Virus record (IMG/VR): IMGVR_UViG_3300045988_004930
DNA: 5,581 nucleotides
Direction: 5' to 3' (one strand)
From: a virus
Shown here: in pieces, positions 4,184 to 5,581 of the stretch
Layout of the letters: each line of letters opens with the position of its first letter
How positions within the stretch are numbered: the stretch's first letter is position 1
Translations under genes and position numbers: made by a program
Notes under the pieces: generated by a model
Told to the model about the DNA's origin: nothing
The model's input: the letters and a program-made list of their open reading frames with translations, nothing else
The model's database searches: none

Positions 4184-4255
4184 ATGGCATGCCTCGCAGC
4201 AGGCTTTGTCTTCATCATCTTCTCAATCGACATCATCAAAAACTGGTTTAAGTAA
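4184..4255 (+). CDS. Unannotated micro-ORF: 23-aa hydrophobic peptide MACLAAGFVFIIFSIDIIKNWFK (candidate membrane or lysis peptide)
   Basis: ATG 4184 has SD aggag (4174-4178) 5 nt upstream. Stop TAA 4253-4255 is embedded in the SD (taaggaga) of the next gene. It fills what would otherwise be a 105-nt gap in a tightly packed operon. It falls below the length cutoff of the supplied ORF track. Confidence 0.45.
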   Translation: MACLAAGFVFIIFSIDIIKNWFK

Positions 4256-4265
4256 GGAGACAAAC

Positions 4266-4502
4266 ATGAACGTATACGGAATTTTCGATAAATGCGTGAT
4301 GGGTTATATCACCATCTTCACCGAACGTGACGACAAAGTAGCCGAACGCAATTTCAGAATCGCGCTGACCGACGAGCGAAACATCATGAGCAAAACTCCA
4401 AGCGATTATCGGCTGGTGCGTCTGGCAAAATTCGACGAGAAAACGGGCCTGTTTGAGAATGAAAAGGAGAACATCTTCGATGGCGTATCGCTCAGTAAGT
4501 AA
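4266..4502 (+). CDS. Small conserved Microviridae nonstructural protein (78 aa, possibly the VP5/protein C analogue)
   Basis: ATG 4266 has SD aaggaga (4254-4260). The sequence MNVYGIFDKCVMGYITIFTERDDKVAERNFRIAL...PSDYRLVRLAKFDEKTGLF matches the pattern of a small protein I recall as recurrent in gut microviruses (YxIxDxK...ND..A.R.F....PEDY.L..IG.FD..TG). The ORF-track start at 4206 is TTG and would run through the micro-ORF. Confidence 0.72.
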   Translation: MNVYGIFDKCVMGYITIFTERDDKVAERNFRIALTDERNIMSKTPSDYRLVRLAKFDEKTGLFENEKENIFDGVSLSK

Positions 4503-4959
4503 CTTCAGGGAGACCGCAACAGCAAAGGCCACCGAAGCCGGAGAGACCGTGAGGCGCACATACCTCTGGGAACTCAACGAAAAAGGCGAAAAGGTGCTGA
4601 CGCTTGACCAGGTCATCGACCAGCAGGCGGAAATCGACAGCTATCTGGAAGAGACCAAGCTAGAAAACATCATCCGACGGGCATCCATCGACCCTGACCT
4701 TGCGGCCAGACTGGTACCGGACATAGGCAATGGGCTCCAAGACGCAACCGAGATGCCAGAAAACCTGATGCAGCTTCAGAACATCATGCTGCGGGCCGAG
4801 CAAATCTGGGATGAAATCCCGAAGGAAATCAAGCTCAAATTTGACAATGACATCGATAAATTCGTAGCAAGCTTCGGCACTGTCGACTGGGCAAAAAATC
4901 TGGGCATTTATCAGGAAAAGCCGCCTGAAGAGCCTAAAAAGGAGGAAGCCACTGAATGA
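4480..4959 (+). CDS. VP3 internal scaffolding protein (159 aa)
   Basis: The C-terminal segment RAEQIWDEIPKEIKLKFDNDIDKFV matches the conserved VP3 motif style (F..LP.EIR..F.NDP..F), with an acidic tail. ATG 4480 has SD aggag (4465-4469, 10-nt spacer). The ORF-track start at 4453 is TTG. Stop TGA 4957-4959 overlaps the VP1 ATG (ATGA). Confidence 0.8.
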   Translation: MAYRSVSNFRETATAKATEAGETVRRTYLWELNEKGEKVLTLDQVIDQQAEIDSYLEETKLENIIRRASIDPDLAARLVPDIGNGLQDATEMPENLMQLQNIMLRAEQIWDEIPKEIKLKFDNDIDKFVASFGTVDWAKNLGIYQEKPPEEPKKEEATE

Positions 4960-5581
4960 ACAGAAACAAAGACGCGGGGTTTAATCAGGTTCCGAGACTG
5001 GACATTACGCGAAGTCGCTTCAAACGGCGGCAGGACGTCAAGCTAACCATGAACGCGGGCCAGCTTATTCCGTTCTACGTGGATGAAGTGCTCCCGGGTG
5101 ATACCTTCAGCATCGACCAAGCAGCAATTATCCGAATGACAACTCCTATCTTCCCGGTTATGGACAACTGCCACATGGATATTTACTACTTCAACGTACC
5201 GTGTCGTATCATCTGGGACCACTTCAAACGGTTTATGGGCGAAAACGATGCTGGGCCGTGGACACAGACTCAGGAGTACACCATTCCGCAGGTCAAAGTG
5301 ACCGGAACACCAGAAAAACCGGCACCTTATGAGGGCAGCATCATGGACTACATGGGCATTCCTACCAAGGTGAGCAAAGGAGCTGATACTGCATTCAGCG
5401 TAAATGCATTACCATTCAGAGCCTACGCTATGATTTGGCAGGAGTGGTTCCGCGACCAGAACGTGGACAATCCGGCAATCAACAGCACCACAGACGCAAC
5501 CGTAAACTATACGGATGATGAAACAAAGGGCATGGACGCAACAACGCCTAACCTTGAGTACATCCTTCAGAACGCATACAC
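4956..5581 (+). CDS. Major capsid protein VP1, N-terminal part (open at the window end, continues at base 100 of the circle)
   Basis: Hand translation gives MNRNKDAGFNQVPRLDITRSRFKRRQDVKLTMNAGQLIPFYVDEVLPGDTFSIDQAAIIRMTTPIFPVMDNCHMDIYYFNVPCRIIWDHFKRFMGEN..., with no stop through 5581. This is the classic Microviridae VP1 N-terminus. SD aaggagg at 4939-4945. It is absent from the ORF track because it has no stop inside the window. Confidence 0.93.
   Translation, partial: MNRNKDAGFNQVPRLDITRSRFKRRQDVKLTMNAGQLIPFYVDEVLPGDTFSIDQAAIIRMTTPIFPVMDNCHMDIYYFNVPCRIIWDHFKRFMGENDAGPWTQTQEYTIPQVKVTGTPEKPAPYEGSIMDYMGIPTKVSKGADTAFSVNALPFRAYAMIWQEWFRDQNVDNPAINSTTDATVNYTDDETKGMDATTPNLEYILQNAY
5483..5581. repeat. 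Terminal redundancy, right copy (identical to 1-99)
   Basis: 99/99 identity to 1-99, read directly. Confidence 0.95.

Overview
The window is one complete, circularly permuted Microviridae (gokushovirus-like) ssDNA phage genome. Bases 1-99 are identical to 5483-5581, so the real unit is a 5,482-nt circle. The major capsid gene VP1 wraps the junction: it starts at 4956, runs off the right end and finishes at 1171. All credible genes are on the + strand, in this order: VP1 capsid, hairpin cluster, VP2 pilot/minor capsid, VP4 rolling-circle Rep (HUH endonuclease), a 687-nt noncoding region, a 76-aa orphan, a 39-aa basic DNA-binding protein, an unannotated 23-aa hydrophobic micro-ORF, a 78-aa small conserved protein, and the VP3 scaffold, which overlaps the VP1 start by ATGA. 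Strong AGGAG-type Shine-Dalgarno (SD) sites precede most genes, which suggests a host that uses SD sites. Several ORF-track starts are non-ATG N-terminal extensions, and I re-assigned them to SD-preceded ATGs. The most interesting part is the 3140-3826 noncoding region, which is very long for such a compact genome. In order it holds a 14-bp terminator hairpin, an alternating CG/CA (Z-DNA-prone) block, trinucleotide low-complexity sequence, eight same-orientation TGTTGAAA-type iterons with a duplicated 18-mer, a perfect 8-4-8 palindrome, and a 72-nt GC-rich hairpin block. It ends in a strong intrinsic terminator whose loop carries the -35 box of a near-consensus promoter. Candidate functions are a phage sRNA, a complementary-strand or Rep origin, or an operator or Xer/dif-like recombination module. 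None can be proven from sequence alone. The hidden 23-aa membrane peptide (4184-4255) is a candidate lysis or membrane effector in a phage group with no defined lysis gene.
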